Positions 61,790 to 64,000 of a stretch of DNA of 64,000 bases are shown in pieces. The translations under genes and the position numbers were made by a program. Source of the DNA: Catajapyx aquilonaris (lineage: Eukaryota); contig JYFJ02001330.1 of NCBI GenBank assembly GCA_000934665.2, positions 1 through 64,000 on the forward strand. The letters are read 5' to 3'. The notes below the pieces were generated by a model. The model had not been told where the DNA came from. It worked only from the letters and a program-made list of their open reading frames with translations, and ran no database searches. Every line of letters begins with the position of its first letter. Position 1 is the stretch's first letter.

Positions 61790-64000
61790 CTGAATTAAAT
61801 TCATGACATTAATATTTTGGGATTATATTTACCAAGTTGGCTTAGGCGGCACTTGTCACACTACTCCTCTTTGTACTTCTTTTCTAATAAATCTGCCCTC
61901 TGTCCTGTTCCTTCTGCAACTACCGCGAGGTATTGAAACAGACTAATCCAAAAAAGCAGACCTGGATGTGAAATAAAAATTCATTAAATGGTAGACTGAC
62001 TTCTAAGCCCTCGTTGACGACATCTCTGTGCAAAGATCTTATGCATTAGTTGTGTGCAATCTCTTGATTCATATGTATTCGACTCCAGATATAACAGATT
62101 TCAAAGGACGATTAATGGAACACAAGGGCTCTCTCAACCTGTCAACTGCAACAACCTGTTACATGAATCAAGTAAGGCCTATTAATTTTTCATCATTTTA
62201 CTAGTGGCCCACAGCCAAAAACTGCAAGACATTAAACTTATATTGAATTAATTAATCGGAGAGACAGCAGCTCAGTTCAGTTCAGAAATTGCAGAGTCCG
62301 CAAGAAGCAAAAGATGTTGAATTGCCTCCTGGTCTGCCAACTCATTCCCGACAATCCCAATGTGAGCTTTGACCCAACAGATCTCCATGGTCCCTCAACA
62401 TGCCCACAGTATACGTACATTGGGCAGGGACAGATGTTGGAACTGCTGAACGGGGATTAGTGATGGTCTGCAGGGCTAAATGACAATCAGACACCACCCA
62501 AACTGTGGCTCCAGACAGCAGCATCCAGGATATCACTCACTGCAATGCCCGTTCCACCATGGACAGCTCAATGTGGCAGAGAGCAGACATCAGAATGTAA
62601 GAGATGCAGTCCATGGCCAGGATCTCCCCACGACTGCCAATGCAAATGACGCCCCGCTGGAACCATCGCATGTTACTGATCCGTCGGTAAAGAACAAGAT
62701 GTCCATGTCTTCCAGAAACCTTGTCGAGGTGAGGATGACTGGTAGATCCCATTCCCCACAGGGGTGACAGGTCCCGAGAACCGCAGGGATGCGATGAAAC
62801 CCTCATCTGCCGAAGATATACATCACAAGACTCCCAGATGGTCCAGGCCTGCAACTTCTGTGAGGAATTACAGGAGGTTGTTGGGGGTAGTCATATAACA
62901 TGGGTCGAAATATTTGAATACGAAGGAGCAACTTGCAAAATATTGTTATCTGCACTCCAAACTGAGCCTTGGAGTGCAAAGTTTGCACTTCGGTTGGTAC
63001 AGCTGTTTTTTTTTTATCATGGCTAAACCCAGTAATTTAAAAAATAAGCACTCCGAATAATTCGCACTTCATATTGAAGATTATATTGCAAACTTTGCAC
63101 CTGGACAAAAAATTAAAGATTTGACCCCTAATGTACGCTCTTGTGGCAGCCAGAGAGAAGAGCAGCAGAGCTGCCTGGAGGCAAGAGCGGATTGCCAAAT
63201 GCCTCGCACAGTGATCCAAAATCTTGGCCCCGAAACGGAGCATGGGAAGAATGGCAGCTGACAGGGTTCTATGTGCTTTGCAGAAAAAGTGCCCAGTTAA
63301 GTCCAGCGACCGGCTATACTCTAGACTTCAAAGGACTGGGGAAACTGGTAGGCTCAAACCGAGCTTTCCTACATCCAAATACACAGGCTACATATAGAAG
63401 AATGGCTTTTCGAGTCTGCTGTAACCCAGGGTTGCTCATAGCCGAGGCTCTTATATCCGAGTCTACTGTGTTAGTCAGTTTAGAAATTTCCCACTATGAG
63501 CAGCTATACATCATTGCTTTTGGTACATGGTCACAAATTCTGCTCTTGGTTTGTGTTTCAAAGGGATGGCTTTCCTAGCATATATGGGCATATCTGCTGG
63601 GTTTACACTTTCCTAGCTTGATTTCTGGCAAAATTACCATACTTCCAACTCGATGACATAACTTGTAACTGATAAACCTGCCTTACGATACAAAACTAAA
63701 GAATTTTCCCCATGCTACAGTTGTAAGGTTCTACCCTGCATTCACGAATAAAACTGTGAGATGCTGATTGACCTGCTCCTGCCAAGTCCCTGCCGGAAAA
63801 ACCACAAGTCAGGGGAAGAGCAGATCTGGCACATTCAACAACCAACATAGCAACTGATGAAGCGCAAGACATGTTTTATGGGTTGCAGCTTCAAACTGGC
63901 CACTGCGGCATAGCACCAGCTCTTCCCACCTCTTGAGCTGGAAGAACTGGCGGAGAGCTGCTTTCTCTCCATATTTTGTGGCCCAAAAGGAGTGATACCA

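Noticed and set aside
62300..64000. GC-richer region with short ORFs, considered as MDM2 upstream exons or a retroelement
   Set aside because: No RanBP2 zinc-finger, SWIB or RT motif could be read; probably decayed repeat sequence in the MDM2-like intron, but unsupported.

Overview
Eukaryotic genomic DNA, almost certainly from an arthropod: compact GT-AG introns, Rebers-Riddiford (R&R) cuticle proteins and TTAGG telomere-type repeats. About 1.4-21.7 kb is a cluster of TATA-driven secreted or cuticular protein genes, most with a 3-7-codon first coding exon. It holds three Gly/Tyr-rich paralogs, a single-domain granulin nested between two inverted copies, three R&R chitin-binding proteins (one with three domains), a His/Val/Pro-rich repeat protein and a Tyr-rich/acidic protein. 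A similar Pro/Val-rich secreted gene lies at 35.5-39.1 kb. Housekeeping genes make up most of the rest: PSMG4, POLR3B, tRNA-Glu(CTC), an NKRF-like gene, tRNA-Val(CAC), DERA (GC-AG first intron) and AFG1L. These are followed by two tandem, intact, intron-containing and very divergent SSRP1/Pob3 paralogs lacking the HMG box, and the last exon of an MDM2/MDM4-like gene. Several MITEs and Tc1/mariner relics are present. Exon models were built by hand from splice signals and reading-frame continuity. Homology calls rest on recalled motifs; no database search was run.
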